Shown here: positions 49,781 to 62,119 of the stretch, in pieces
How the letters are laid out: every line of letters begins with the position of its first letter
Position numbering within the stretch: position 1 is the first letter of the stretch
From: Takakia lepidozioides
Lineage: Eukaryota; Plantae; Bryophyta
DNA length: 64,000 nt
Assembly: GCA_030704615.1 (NCBI GenBank)
Contig: CM060732.1
Location: forward strand, 56,916,001-56,980,000
Reading direction: 5' to 3'
Program-made: the position numbers and the translations under genes
Notes under the pieces: generated by a model
What the model was told of the DNA's origin: nothing
Seen by the model: the letters and a program-made list of their open reading frames with translations, nothing else
Databases searched by the model: none

Positions 49781-52700
49781 ATGGAAGGCACATTTGTGAT
49801 TGCAGAGTCTTCAGCTCCAGATGCAAGAACTTCGTGCCTCTATTGCCCAACTACAAGCTGATCAGTCTCAAGACCTTGGCAATGCTCTCAACAATTTGCA
49901 ACAATAAATTTCAGAGTTGAAGGAGTCGAACAATGGATCTTCAACCTTACGAGTCCCTACTACAACAAATCATACTACAACGGTTCCTTCAAATCTTCAA
50001 CAGATTATGAGATAACCAAAGATCAGCATGCCCGAGAAATTTGATGGGACGAGATCAAGATTTCGCGGTTTTGTTCAACAAGTACGATTGTTCCTACGAC
50101 TACATCCACAACGCTACTCTGATGAAGGTATTCAAGTGGGATTCGTGGGCACCCTTCTATCAAGCACTGCCCTATCTTGGTTTGCACCGCTATTAGAGAA
50201 AATTTCGCATTTACTATACAATTTTGAAGCGTTCATGTCCGAGTTCACTGCAACGTTTGGAGAGAATGATAGAGAGAGAGTTGCAAAGACAAAGATGCGA
50301 AATCTTAGACAAGGAGCACGTCGAACTTCCGTTTATGTTGCCAAATTTCGACAACTTGCGTGCGACCTTGACTGGAATGAGAAGAGCCTCATTAGTCAAT
50401 TTCGATGTGGCCTAAAAGATGATGTTAATGATTTGTTGCTGACAATGCCAAACGTGAGTACATTGAACGAATTCCTCACCCAAGTCATTGCATGCGATAA
50501 TCGTTTGTTTGAAAAACGTCAAGAGAAGCGATCTGGATGGTCGACGACACACCATGCTGCTGCTACTACGGCACCAAATACAACGATCCATCAGACATCC
50601 GGTAATGATCCTATGCAGATTGATGCTATCCGATTCAAGCCATTGACACCACATGAAAAACAAAGATAGATTATGCCTTTATTGCGGAGAAAATGATCAC
50701 ATGACATTAAACTGCCCCAACAAGAGAAGATTCAAAGCTCGGGGCACCACTCAAGTGTTCAATACGAGGAGGTCGGAAAACGAAGATGTCCAGCCACAGT
50801 AGGGACCATGCGGCTAGACACCCCAAATTCCTCACCAAAAAAATGTCTTTTTCTACCTCCAGACCCTATATCTTGTTCCACAGTTCCAGTAAAGATCAGG
50901 ATGCAAAATCGAGATATCTCCATAGAAGCACTTTTGGACTCGGGCGCTTCAGCGTGTTTTATTGACAAAGACTTTGCGAAGCAACACAATTTAACGCTCG
51001 TAAGAAAGAAATTATCGGCCCATGTTGAAGTTATCGATGGACAACCGTTAGCATCAGGAAATGTTGATCATGAAACTCGACCCCTTCAAGTGAAGCTTAA
51101 AAATCAAGCATCACAGATTGTTTTCAATGTCATCCAGTCTCCAACGAATCCTGTGATCCTTGGACTTCCCTGGTTTGTACTTCATAATCCTAACATCGAC
51201 TGGCAATCACGAAAAATTTCGGCAAGACAAAAATGCAAAAGTACCAAAGGTATTCAACCCCTGTTTCTTGGAGCTAGAGCCTTCATGAGAGCTACCAAAA
51301 AGGAGGCGGCATTTGCACTTTATGCGACTCCGATCAAAACCACAACAGATAAATGTACTTCAACATTACCCGCTCAATATCAAGATTTCAAAGATGTCTT
51401 CGAGAAGAAAAATGCAGACATATTGCCAGAACATCGATCTTATGACTGTGCAATTGAGTTACAAGAAGGAGCCCAACCACCATTCGGCCCAATCTATAAC
51501 TTATCACAGACGGAGTTGGCTGCATTACGCGAATACATTGATGAAAATTTGTCAAAGCACTTCATCCGACATTCCAAATCACCCGCGGGGGCGCCTATCT
51601 TGTTTGTGAAAAAGAATGACGGATCATTACGCATGTGTGTCGACTATCGCGGTCTCAACAAAGTCAAAATCAAGAATCGTTATCCGTTGCCGCTGATTTC
51701 TGGGCTTCTTGACCAGCTGGGACGAGCGAAGATTTTCACCAAAATCGACTTGAGAGGAGCTTATAACCTTGTACGGATAAAAGAAGAAAACGAATGGAAA
51801 ACAGCTTTTCGAACAAGGTATGGACATTTTGAATACAGTATTATGCCTTTCGGTCTTACAAATGCTCCAGCAATTTTCCAACATATGATGAATGACATCT
51901 TTCGAGAATTTTTAGATGACTTTGTAGTCATCTATTTGGACGACATTTTGATATTTTCACAGAACGAAGAAAAACATGGCCGCCATGTACGCCTTGTCCT
52001 TGATAAATTAAGAGAAAGATGACTATATGTCAAGTTGGAGAAATATCTTTTCCATCAATCTGAGGTCGAATTTTTGGGCTACATTATTTCCGACAAAGGC
52101 GTCTTTATAGATCAAAAGAAAATACAAACCATCATCGAGTGGATTAAACCAACTTCAGTCCGAGATGTACAATGTTTTCTGGGTTTTGCAAATTTCTATA
52201 GAATCTTCATCAATGACTACTCCAAAATTGCTGCACCATTGACACGACTCACAGGGAAGGACAAATTTGTATGGGACGTGAAGACTGACCATGCATTTGA
52301 AAAGCTGAAGTAGACATTTACAACGGCTCCAATACTTGTACATGCAAACCCATCTAAACCATTCTTCTTAGAAGCAGATGCATCGGACTTTGCACTTGGC
52401 GCGATATTCTCACAATACGGTACAGATGGGCGACTCCACCCTGTTGGTTTTCGTTCTCGCAAATTTTCCGTTGCGGAGATCAATTATGAAATCCATGACA
52501 AAGAACTTCTAGCGATTATCGATGTTTTTGAGGAGTGACGTCATCTATTGGAGGGAGCTAAACATCAGGTCACTGTCTATACCGATCACAAAAACCTCGA
52601 ATATTTTATGAGTGCTCGTGTTTTGAATCAACGTCAAGCGAGATCGAGTATGTCACTAGCAAGGTTTGATTTTGTTATTACCTACCGTCTCAGACATCTT

Positions 52701-54286
52701 CAAGAAAAACCAGATGCTCTTTCTCGACGATCGTATCTTGCGCCAAAGGAAGGGAATGCAGCTTTTGACCAACAGAAATCCATCATCTTGAAACCAGCAA
52801 ATCTCCAATTGAATATGTTATCCATGTCCACCTATGACGATGCCGAGATCATAAAGGAGATTCAGGAAGCACTGAAGAGCGACCAATTCGCTATGACACT
52901 ACAAAGTCAACTAAATCGACCTCGAGACAACCCACATGTTACAAACGACTTTGAATTCAAAGATGACTTACTTTCTTTCAAGGGACTTCTCTATGTACCT
53001 CCAGGACCTACACGACTTCGAATTCTTCAAACTTGTCATGATCTTCCGGCTGCAGGACATTTCGGCTTCAACAAAACAATGGAATTGATATCCAGGGACT
53101 ATAGAAACTCGTGAAAGAATTTATAAAATCTTGCGACACGTGTGCTAGAGCGAAGGGACCACGACATCGACCTTACGGCCTTCTTCAACCATTATCCATT
53201 CCCAAGGGTCCATGGTCGTCCGTGTCTATGGACTTGATTACGGACCTTCCAATCTCCAAGACCATTGATTCAATCCTTGTTATTGTAGATTGTTTTACGA
53301 AGATGACACATTTTATTCCATGTAATAAGACAATTACCGGCGAGGAAACTGCAAGACTCTTCCTCAATAATATCTACCGCATTCATGGACTCCCGAAGGA
53401 CATCGTATCTGATCGAGGACCACAGTTCATATCAAATTTCTGGAGGGGATTATTTCACATATTGGATACTAAGATCAACCTTTCTACAGCTAATCATCCA
53501 CAGACTGGTGGTCAAACCGAACGTGTAAACCAGATTTTGGAGCAGTATCTTCGCTGTACGATAAATTATCACCAAGATAATTGGACGGACCTTCTGTCAT
53601 TGGCTGAGTTTGCCTACAACAACACTATACATTCTTCGACCGAACAAACTCCATTTTTCTCCAATTATGGTCATCATCCTCGAGCAAACCCTTTCCACAT
53701 GAAGACTGTTGGAAGCCCTGTTGTAAAAAACCTTGCTACTCATCTTGCTACGATTCACAAAGAGCTTACATTCCACCTCATAGAAGCTCAAAAACAATAC
53801 AAGGAGTATGCCGATCAACGTCGCCAACTCCAACCCCAGTTCAAGGTCAGAGATCGTGTGTGGCTTCTTCAACGGGACTTACAAACCTCGCGACCATCAA
53901 GGAAGTTGGATTATCAACGCCTGGGCCCATTCAAAATTATTCGACAAATAAATCCGGTCAGTTTTCGGCTTGAACTCCCACGAAGTATGCGCATCCATCC
54001 AGTCTTTCATGTTTCATTATTGGAGTTGTATTATCCATCCAATATTCCAGGGAGAGTCTCCGTACCACCTCCACCAATCGAAGTTAATCAGGAAATTGAG
54101 TATGAAGTCGACGAAGTCCTAGACTCACGTATCAAGTATAAACGTCTTGAGTATTTCGTACATTGGAAAGGCTACGACATCAGTGAACGAACGTGGGAAC
54201 CTTCATCCAACCTCGCCAATGCATCTGACAAAGTCCAAGAGTTTCATCAACGATATCGAGCTAAGCCCCGAGCTACACGTCAATAA
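49781..54286 (+). pseudogene. Chromovirus D gag-pol with chromodomain (stops and frameshifts)
   Basis: [71 protein letters not shown] plus hairpin at 50775-50820. Confidence 0.93.
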
Positions 54287-54432
54287 AATGTTACAACGAT
54301 GATGTCAGCCAAGTTAGCTTCAAGGTGAAGACTCCGCATTCAATGTACCTGATACACGCTAAGGAGGGAGGAGCACCACACATCAGTATATATAGCTACA
54401 CTTCCAGCACTCTTGCATCTTCTATTGGCAGT

Positions 54433-54834
54433 ATGGAGTCGCAGGAACCAGATACATGAGAGTTGTCGCTTACCCAGCTACCAGATCAGCCGTTCCGACT
54501 CTTACGACCTTCAACATCACGCCGACGCTCTCGAGACGATGGGCCACCAATGCGACGCATACTTCCTCGTCTGGACCCCGTACGACGGCAAGTGGAGCCT
54601 ACTTGAAGTCTGATAATTCTGTTGGAGATTGAGGCTTTGGACCCAGAGGGCAACGAAATCATGTTTGAAGGCAGTTTCAAAAATCAGAATGCTCAAATCA
54701 CTGCGTGGTCCCAAGTTCAAGGTATTGGACATTATCGATGGTTGCATGGACCTATAAATCATTTGAGTCAAGAACGAAGAGCCGAATACTTGACAAGTAC
54801 CATTCGTCGGATTTTGGATTTTCTCCAACTCTAA
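54433..54834 (+). pseudogene. Accessory ORF (~133 codons, two internal TGA) between pol and PPT of chromovirus D
   Basis: ATG 54433 is in frame with ORF 54622-54834; TATATATA at ~54387. Confidence 0.5.
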
Positions 54835-56771
54835 GCAAGTCCAAGATTTTACCGCTCCTCGAGGAACTCGGCTAGAGGAGGGGGTGATGTCACGGACATA
54901 GCCCAAAGAAACTTACCAAGAGTAAATACCAGAAGTTACCAAGTTACCATGTTACCGAAAGTTACCATGACTTACCGTGATTTATCATGATCTACCATGA
55001 TTTACCATTACTTATCAAGTTATCGGGAGTTTACCAAATTACCAAGAGTAACTTGGGAAACTACTCAGGAAGCTTCCTTTGGAGGAAACTTCTCCATCAA
55101 GATACCTCATTTGTTTAAGGAAGCTTCTCCATCAAGAAATCTTTGTTTAATCTTGGAAACTTCTCCAGCAAGCAACCTCCATAGGGAAAGCTCCTTAGGG
55201 AAGCTTCTTAGTAACCAGTATATATAGGAGGCGAGACTGGACACTCTTCAGTCTCGCCAACACCAGTTCAAGCTACTCTTGTTTCCAGTTCCCAGTACCC
55301 TAGCCCAATTTCCAGTAGCTGGTACTCCAGGCCAGTTTCCAACATTCCAGTATTCAAATCGTGTTCCAATATCTTGTACTCTTGTTCATTGTTATAAATA
55401 TTGTCTTGATTCCTATTTACTCATCGTGCATTCGGCCACGCCGACCTTGACTTTTTGTCTAGCCTTATATCTCTAGTCTTATCTCTTGTTTGTGTTCAGT
55501 CATGTTCTCGTCTTTGATAGAAAGCACCATGCTGTAGGTAATTCCAGAGCACCTTGATGGTTTCAGATTGTGTACATGCATGAGCAAGCACGATTGGGAA
55601 GATGACCAGTCAAGAGCAGGTTATAGTGGCTTTGGTGACAAAGCTGAGAACTGGACTTGGGAATGCGAGCTTTCATTGTGTGAAGGATTGCAAGACCAAG
55701 CGAAAGGGCTGATTTGGCTTGGGGCAAATCAGTGCACTTTGTGGAGTATGTTGAGATTGGGTTTCAATCTCGAGCTTCAGCATTGAGAGGGCTTTTGTCA
55801 TGGCAAGAGCAGGGCTGGAACAGGAGCTAAGAGGTGCGGCAAGGCCATGGAATGTGCACCTAGGGTTTCAGAGCTTGGAAGAAGAGCTCTTGCACCACAA
55901 GAGGAGTGTCTTGTGGCTGGAAATGTAAGCCTTAGGGTTTCAGGAGCTTGGCAAAGGCTGTGGAGTGCTTAGTCTTGTCTTAGAGAGCATCAAGGAGCCA
56001 ATGAGCCAAGATAGGGGGCTGATATTACCTCTTATGCGAAGAGGATGCATGTGTGGAGCATGCATGCAGCCCATTGAAGCTTCCATCTTCAAGCTTGGAG
56101 GACAAGCAAGGAAGAGGGAAGGGCTGACTTCTCTTATGTGAGGGCAACGCATGTGTGGAGCATGCTTTCAGCCCGTTGAAGGCTTGCATTTTCAGGTTTG
56201 GGAGTGCAAGAAATGAATGAAGGAGTTGGTTTCCCTGTAGGGGCATGTGTGGAGCATGCATTCAGCCTAGTTAGGCCTCCATCTTTAAGCTTTGGAGAGC
56301 TAGAAGAGAAGGTAAGGGGCTGATCTGCTTTTATATGACAGTCTGACACTTGTAGAACATGTTCTGAGTTGGGGTTTCAACTACAAGCCTAGATAGAGCA
56401 TGGCTCTTGAAGTGGCAGGTGTAGGGGGCTGGAATAGGCTCTAAGACACATTCTATGGCCAAGGAGAGCGCATGAATAAGTGCCTACAAGGGCTAGAAGT
56501 CAGCCATGTTTGGTTAGTCGCCATAGGGATCAATGGCGCTGTTTTGTGAGTTAAAAGGAAGTTTGTGCACTTAGTTTCGGTTGCAAACATCTTCCTTTGG
56601 AATTAGAGCTACTATTGGTGGTGTGTGGGGGCCACAAAGAGCAAGAATACCTTGCTGATTTCCTCACAACCGCCATAGCTCGGTGCAAAGAAGCCTAGAG
56701 TCCAAGAGACACAAACCCTAGCTTGGCGTGGCTAAACCCCTTGGAGAAATGGCTAAACTATCATGAGTGGC

Positions 56772-57262
56772 TTGTGGGGCTGTGACGGGCTGTGATGGGC
56801 TGTGATGGGCTGTGGCAGGCTATGACAGGCTATGCCCTGTGGCCTGTGGGGTTGTGACGGGTTGTGACAGGCTGTGCCCTGTGGCCTGTGGGGTTGTGAT
56901 GGGCTGTGAGGGGCTGTGACAGGCTGTGGCCTTTGGGGCTGTGACCCATGTGACCTGTGTAGGGCTGTGACAGGCTGTGCCTGTGGCCTTTGGGGCTGTG
57001 AGGGGCTGTGACTGGCTGTGACCTGTGGCCCGTGGGGCTGTGATGGACTGTGACATGTGGCCTTTGGGGCCGTGAGGGGTTGTGACAGGCTGTGCCATGT
57101 GGCCTTTGGGGTTGTGACGGGCTGTGACCTGTGGCCTTGGGGGCTGTGACAGACTGTGATGGGCTGTGAGGGGCTGTGATAAGTTGTGACCTATAGCCTG
57201 TGGGGGGTTGTGACGGTTGTGACCAGCGATCTGTGTGGGCCTGTGCTGGTCTGTGGTGGCCC
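56772..57262 (+). repeat. Minisatellite of ~10-bp GGGCTGTGA(C/T) units in the leader of copy C
   Basis: Dozens of GCTGTGA/CCTGTGG variants in tandem. Confidence 0.9.
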
Positions 57263-58039
57263 GTGTTGACATGTGGAAGGCCTATGCTAACTCGTGGAGG
57301 CACTGGTGGACTGCTTGAGGACTAGCATGCGGTCTTGAAGGCCAAATTTTGAAGCTCGTGGAGGGCAGTTTGAGGAGTATCTTCATGATATTCCATGGTC
57401 ATGCAAGTGAGGGAAGAGAGGAGAAAAAGAGTGTTGGGATGAGGGCATGCTGGGGTTAGGCATTGCTTTAGCTTCTCTTCCTCATAGTTTTCCACCCTAT
57501 CATTAGGCCAAGACCTTTCCGTAGGTGGAGGCAAGAGTCAGTCCGGGTTTGGGCTGGGGTGTCCTTGCAGGAGCAAGGTGTGGGGGAGTTGTCGTTCTGA
57601 TTTCTTGTGTTTGAATCCCCTCCATACCTGCATGCTTGACTGTGCGCCATGTTAGTTTTGTGTGGGCGTTTGTTTTTATAGGTGATTGGTCCGGACCTGA
57701 TCATCGGCCAGTCCTAGAGCATGCTGTCGATGGTGAGGCTGGGGTGATGACCAGTCAGACCATCATTGTTTCTCCTGTGGTGAGGCTGGAGGTGATTACC
57801 AGCCAACCATAGGAGTGTTTGCGGTGGATGCAGGTGCAGGTGCAGGTGTAGGCTATGTTAGGAACCTAGTATTCCAAACCATAAGCCGCAACAGGTTCTC
57901 TACCCGGTTACCTTGTGGAGAGGGGGTTAGGGACATGTTCATGACCGGTTGAGTGACAGTTTGTCAACACAGAGATGCCACTAGTTGCTGGGGACAGTGT
58001 CGGTTTGAGCACTAGCGATACTAGTGCACGAGACGAGGT

Positions 58040-60866
58040 GTGCAGTTTAGGCCACCTTCACCTCCTGTGTCTTCTACGGAAGGTTCTGATTCGGATTGTG
58101 AATCAGGAGGACTCACACCGGCAGTGCAAGTTGTCTCCTTGTCATTGTTGTGGGACATAATGGAGGAGATGTATGGAGCTACCAAGGGGCCACGAAGGTA
58201 CTCTGGGGTGGTGGGCACCATCGAGTTGGATGATTTTATCCAAGAGTTTGATGGTTGGTGTGATTTGCAGCAAATGCGCAATCCACAACTATTTACGCCT
58301 TTCATGGCATGGAAGGGGCTGTTTCAGCACCTTGAGGGGCTGCCTATGGATGATTACCATGAGTTCAGGCGGGGGCATGAGGTTGAGATCGAGGAGTGGA
58401 GGATGTACCGGTCACCCGACTATGTCTCCATCACTAGGGGCACTAGAGCCATGAGGGCAGTGGCTACACCTGCCGCTGCACCGGCAGCTTCAGCAAGCAG
58501 CAATGGGACTGGTGGGACTGGTGGTACTGTAGCTACGACGTCCACCCAAGCCACTACCGCACCAGCACCAGTACCCGTGCCTGCCTTCAACCCTGTTGTG
58601 GAGTTCTTCGAAGAGTTGAGAAGGAACTACCAAGGGGTGAGGACAGAGAAGTTGCGGAGCTTGCAAGAGTTCCAATGGAAGCCTACTGAGAGCTTGAGGG
58701 AGGCTTTCACTCGCATGAGGCGCTTGAAAAATGTAACCCAAGGGGTTAGGAAGCTCAGGCAGTCCAATTCTGGTATGGGATATTCGACAAGGAGCTGAGG
58801 AGAAGGGTGTGGGATGCAACTCTCCTACAAGCAGCCCAACCCACTTTAGCAAATGTGTTTTTGCTGGCAGAGCAGATAGAGCTCAACATGGTGGAGGAAC
58901 GAGTGGTCATGGTGGGATTTGCTAAGGAGACACCACGGGATAGTGGTGCTCCTAGCCAACCACTACCTCAACGTGCTCAAGACAACAAGGGGGCCCAGGT
59001 GAAGCCCAGGGAAGGACAGAGAGGACCTCAGATGCAGGGGTCTCTCCCTTCATTTGCAGGCCAACAACGGGCAAAGGTGGTGTGTTGGACATGTGGAGGA
59101 CCCCATGTAAAGAAGGATTGCCCAGAGGGAGGCAAAGGTCCAGCATATGCACAGCCTGCACAGTTGCAGTGTGGGCATTCTGGCAAGCATGGGCATGGAG
59201 AGGCCCACTGTTATGGTTTGCATCCTAAGTTGCGCCCAGACCAGTTCCAAGGAAACAATGGTGGCCGGGGGCGAGGTGGGGCAGCCCAGAGAGGACGAGG
59301 TGGCCAGGCACGAGGTGTAGGCCAAGGGCAAGCTCAACATGGCCAAGGACGCAGAGGTCAGGATGTTGACCAAGGCATGGCCAACCGGCTTCAGCAGCTA
59401 GAGCAGAGGCTCGTTGCCATGGCCACAGCTTAGGTGGTACTGGCTCCAAGGCCGGATGGTCCACCTCCTGCTTCTGAGGGAGGAGATATGGGAGGCATGG
59501 GATTCATGTGCGGAGCAGCACTACCACTAGTGCAGGTGGAGTCTGTTGCAGCCGTGACTCGAGGAGCAGCACGAGTTCCTGAGCCACGAGGTGCAGAGGT
59601 GGAGTTGGATCAACAGCGTGGGGAGGCAAGCCGTCAGGCTAGGCTTCCTCAGTCATTCACATTGGCGGAGACAGTGTCGACGCCATCCATGGCACCTAGT
59701 TCTCGCCCGACTGTTACCGATGCGAAGGTTACTATGCCATTGGGGAGAGCTACACGGGTAGCACCACTACCTAGTGTTGCCAAGGCTACGGCAGCTAGTG
59801 TGCTGCTAGGAGCGGCCACATCTATGTGTCAGGCTCCATTGTTCTCGGCTACCATGATTATGACGCTGAGGTCTTCAGGCTGGCAGCTACACTCTGTGAG
59901 AGTGGGGAGGTTACTTCATCTTCTGCAGAGATAGTGGGAGGTGTAGTGCCGGAGGGATCCTCGGATTTGAGGGTCAAGACTGTCACGGCGGCGCCATGGC
60001 AAGCTGTAGTTGCCAGGTTGATGGAGCTGCCAACTAGGCCAGCCATTGAGCGTGCCATGGTGACACCTGGAGTTGTCATGTTAGACAACCAGGATGACAT
60101 TTTCTGTTTGAGTGGACCGGCAGGCAAGAGGTACCGGCCATTGCGGGTCTTGTTGGACTCGGGAGCTCAGCCATTGATGCTGGGCAGAGCTGCTATTGCA
60201 AGCTTGGGCCTCACGGAGGCGGATATGGAGCCTTGTCCTTTCCAGATACAGACATCTCTGGGAGGATCGAAGCAGGCTTGGGGCATAACACGACGTGAGT
60301 TGGCTATCAGACTATGGCCGGATCACCCTACAGATGGCTCAGTGATGCGAGCCAAGGCCATTGTGACAGACGCGGTCTCGTACAATGTCTTGGTTGGTGG
60401 GGCAGTGTTGTACCTCATGGGCTTCACCCTGGATTTTTGGGAGGATTTTGCTTCCTATAGGCCTGGATGGCAGTCAGGGGAGGGCCGGCATGTGCAGCTC
60501 CCTGTGACATTCATAGGAGGAGTTGCAGTTGCCCAGCGAGGCAAGATGCCGACACTAATAGCATTCATAGCTGTAGTGAGTTGGCTTGGAGAGTTGCTTG
60601 AGGGCAACGCTTATTCAGAGGATGTGTCACCTCCGGGAGAGCAGGATGACATGCATGGTATAGCAGAGTTGTCTGCCATGATTGCGACTCCATTGTGGGG
60701 CACGAGCAAGGATTTGCAACAGGTTGCTGATCGACGGGTGCAACAAGCCTGGGTAGAGGCTTTTGTACCATCAGGAGAGGAAGAGAGTGCGGGGATTGCA
60801 CCAGGACCACCTCAATTGTCTCCATTGGACTCCACACCTATTGTGTGGCAAAATTTGGATGAAGGC
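58040..60866 (+). pseudogene. Copy C: gag (two zinc-knuckle-like motifs, RG-rich tract) and protease
   Basis: ORFs 58040-58798, 58807-59433 (CWTCGGPHVKKDC; CGHSGKHGHGEAHC), 59434-59934 and 59826-60920 (LLDSGAQ). Confidence 0.85.
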
Positions 60867-61820
60867 ATTTGTCTTCTGGACTTGTTTGGCGGGATCACCA
60901 CCGGATTGGCTGCTGTGTAACAGGCAGGTGTACGAGTTCGGCGTTACCTGTATTGTAAAAGGGATGAGACTGCATGACACGTTTCACTTCGCCATGTTGC
61001 TCAGTTGGTGCAGTAGTACCCTAAGTTGTTGTCGATGTCTGCAGTTCGTGGATATCAGCAGGCCTTGCCAGCAGACATTTCGTTGCTGGGGGCGCAGGAT
61101 TTGGAGCGGGTTGGCTCCATTGATCTGGTAGTGGCAGGTTGGCCCTGCCAAGGGCATTCATCAGCCGGGCATGGCAATGGATTGCGAGACTTGAGGTCGG
61201 GTCTGTTTTGGGAGATGGTGCGGGTTTTGCGCCACTTGCAAAGTTCATCAAACTGTATCTCCAGCATACATCTTGGAGAATGTGCCACTGATGGGCGATT
61301 CTCGGGCCAGGGTGATGGCCAGTGTGCATCAAGTCCGGTCGTGGCTTGGGTCAGCAGTGTTGCTAGATGCAGCTACAGTGGGGTCACGGGCTCATCGTCC
61401 ACGGCTATGGTGGACTAACTTGATGCCACCTGCACTGCTCAAGCGTGCAATTGACGGGGTGCAGCGGTCAGCACACCTCACAGTGGATAGCATTTTGGAC
61501 ACAGGGAGGCAGTCTCAGCGTGTGAGACACGATGACCGTTTGCCTTTGGCGGTGGTCAACAAGGTGAGTCAACCACGAGCAGCATTACCTACACTGCTCA
61601 GCTTCCCAGGATCGCATGCTTTCCGAGATAGTGGACCTGGCCTCTTGTGGGATGCTCAGTTGCAGCAGTTAGTGGAGCCTAATGCTGACGAGCGTGAGCG
61701 GGCAATGGGTTTTACCACTAGTACCACGGCGGTGCCGTCTCTTTCTGAGGCATCACGTCATCAGGTGTTGGGGCAAGCAATGGATCTCAATTGCTTGACC
61801 TGGATTATCAGCTTGGCTAT
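60867..61820 (+). pseudogene. Copy C: DNMT3-like C5 cytosine methyltransferase domain
   Basis: LLDLFGGITTGL, IDLVVAGWPCQGHSSAG (catalytic PC intact), LENVP, LDAATVGSRAHRPRLWWTNL, ERERAMGF, LGQAMDL. In-frame stops and one frameshift. Confidence 0.93.
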
Positions 61821-62119
61821 GGCTAAGCAACGCAGAGTGCGGAGTACACTTCCCTTGATGGTCTATCTGCCTACCGAGACAGTATAGGCAGTGAGTGGGG
61901 GCCAGCATGAGAGGACCACGGGGTGCAGGCATCCATGGCACACGTGGGAGGTGCTCGAGGTTCAGAGGGAGTTGGCAGCCAGGGCGGCGGTGATGGATGA
62001 GGTTGGGGATTTTTCTCGGGTAGGAAGTCCTCGAGGATGAGATGATGGGGCAGGATGAGGCCTTGTCATTGACTGAGCAGGCAGGGAGTATTGCTCAAGA
62101 GGTTGCAACATAGTAACCA

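Larger units (their letters stand above)
49111..55519 (+). mobile_element. Chromovirus D, full length, self-priming (Tcn1/Tf1-like), nested in the leader of copy C
   Basis: 632-bp LTRs at 49111-49742 and 54888-55519; TSD GAAAG; PBS TTGGCGAAACT at 49745-49755; PPT AGAGGAGGGGG; gag-pol with chromodomain. Confidence 0.95.

Noticed and set aside
56772-57303. CRISPR-like array or repetitive proteins (ORFs 56820-57272 and 56830-57303)
   Set aside because: Simple ~10-bp minisatellite without unique spacers; the ORFs are by-products of low stop-codon density.
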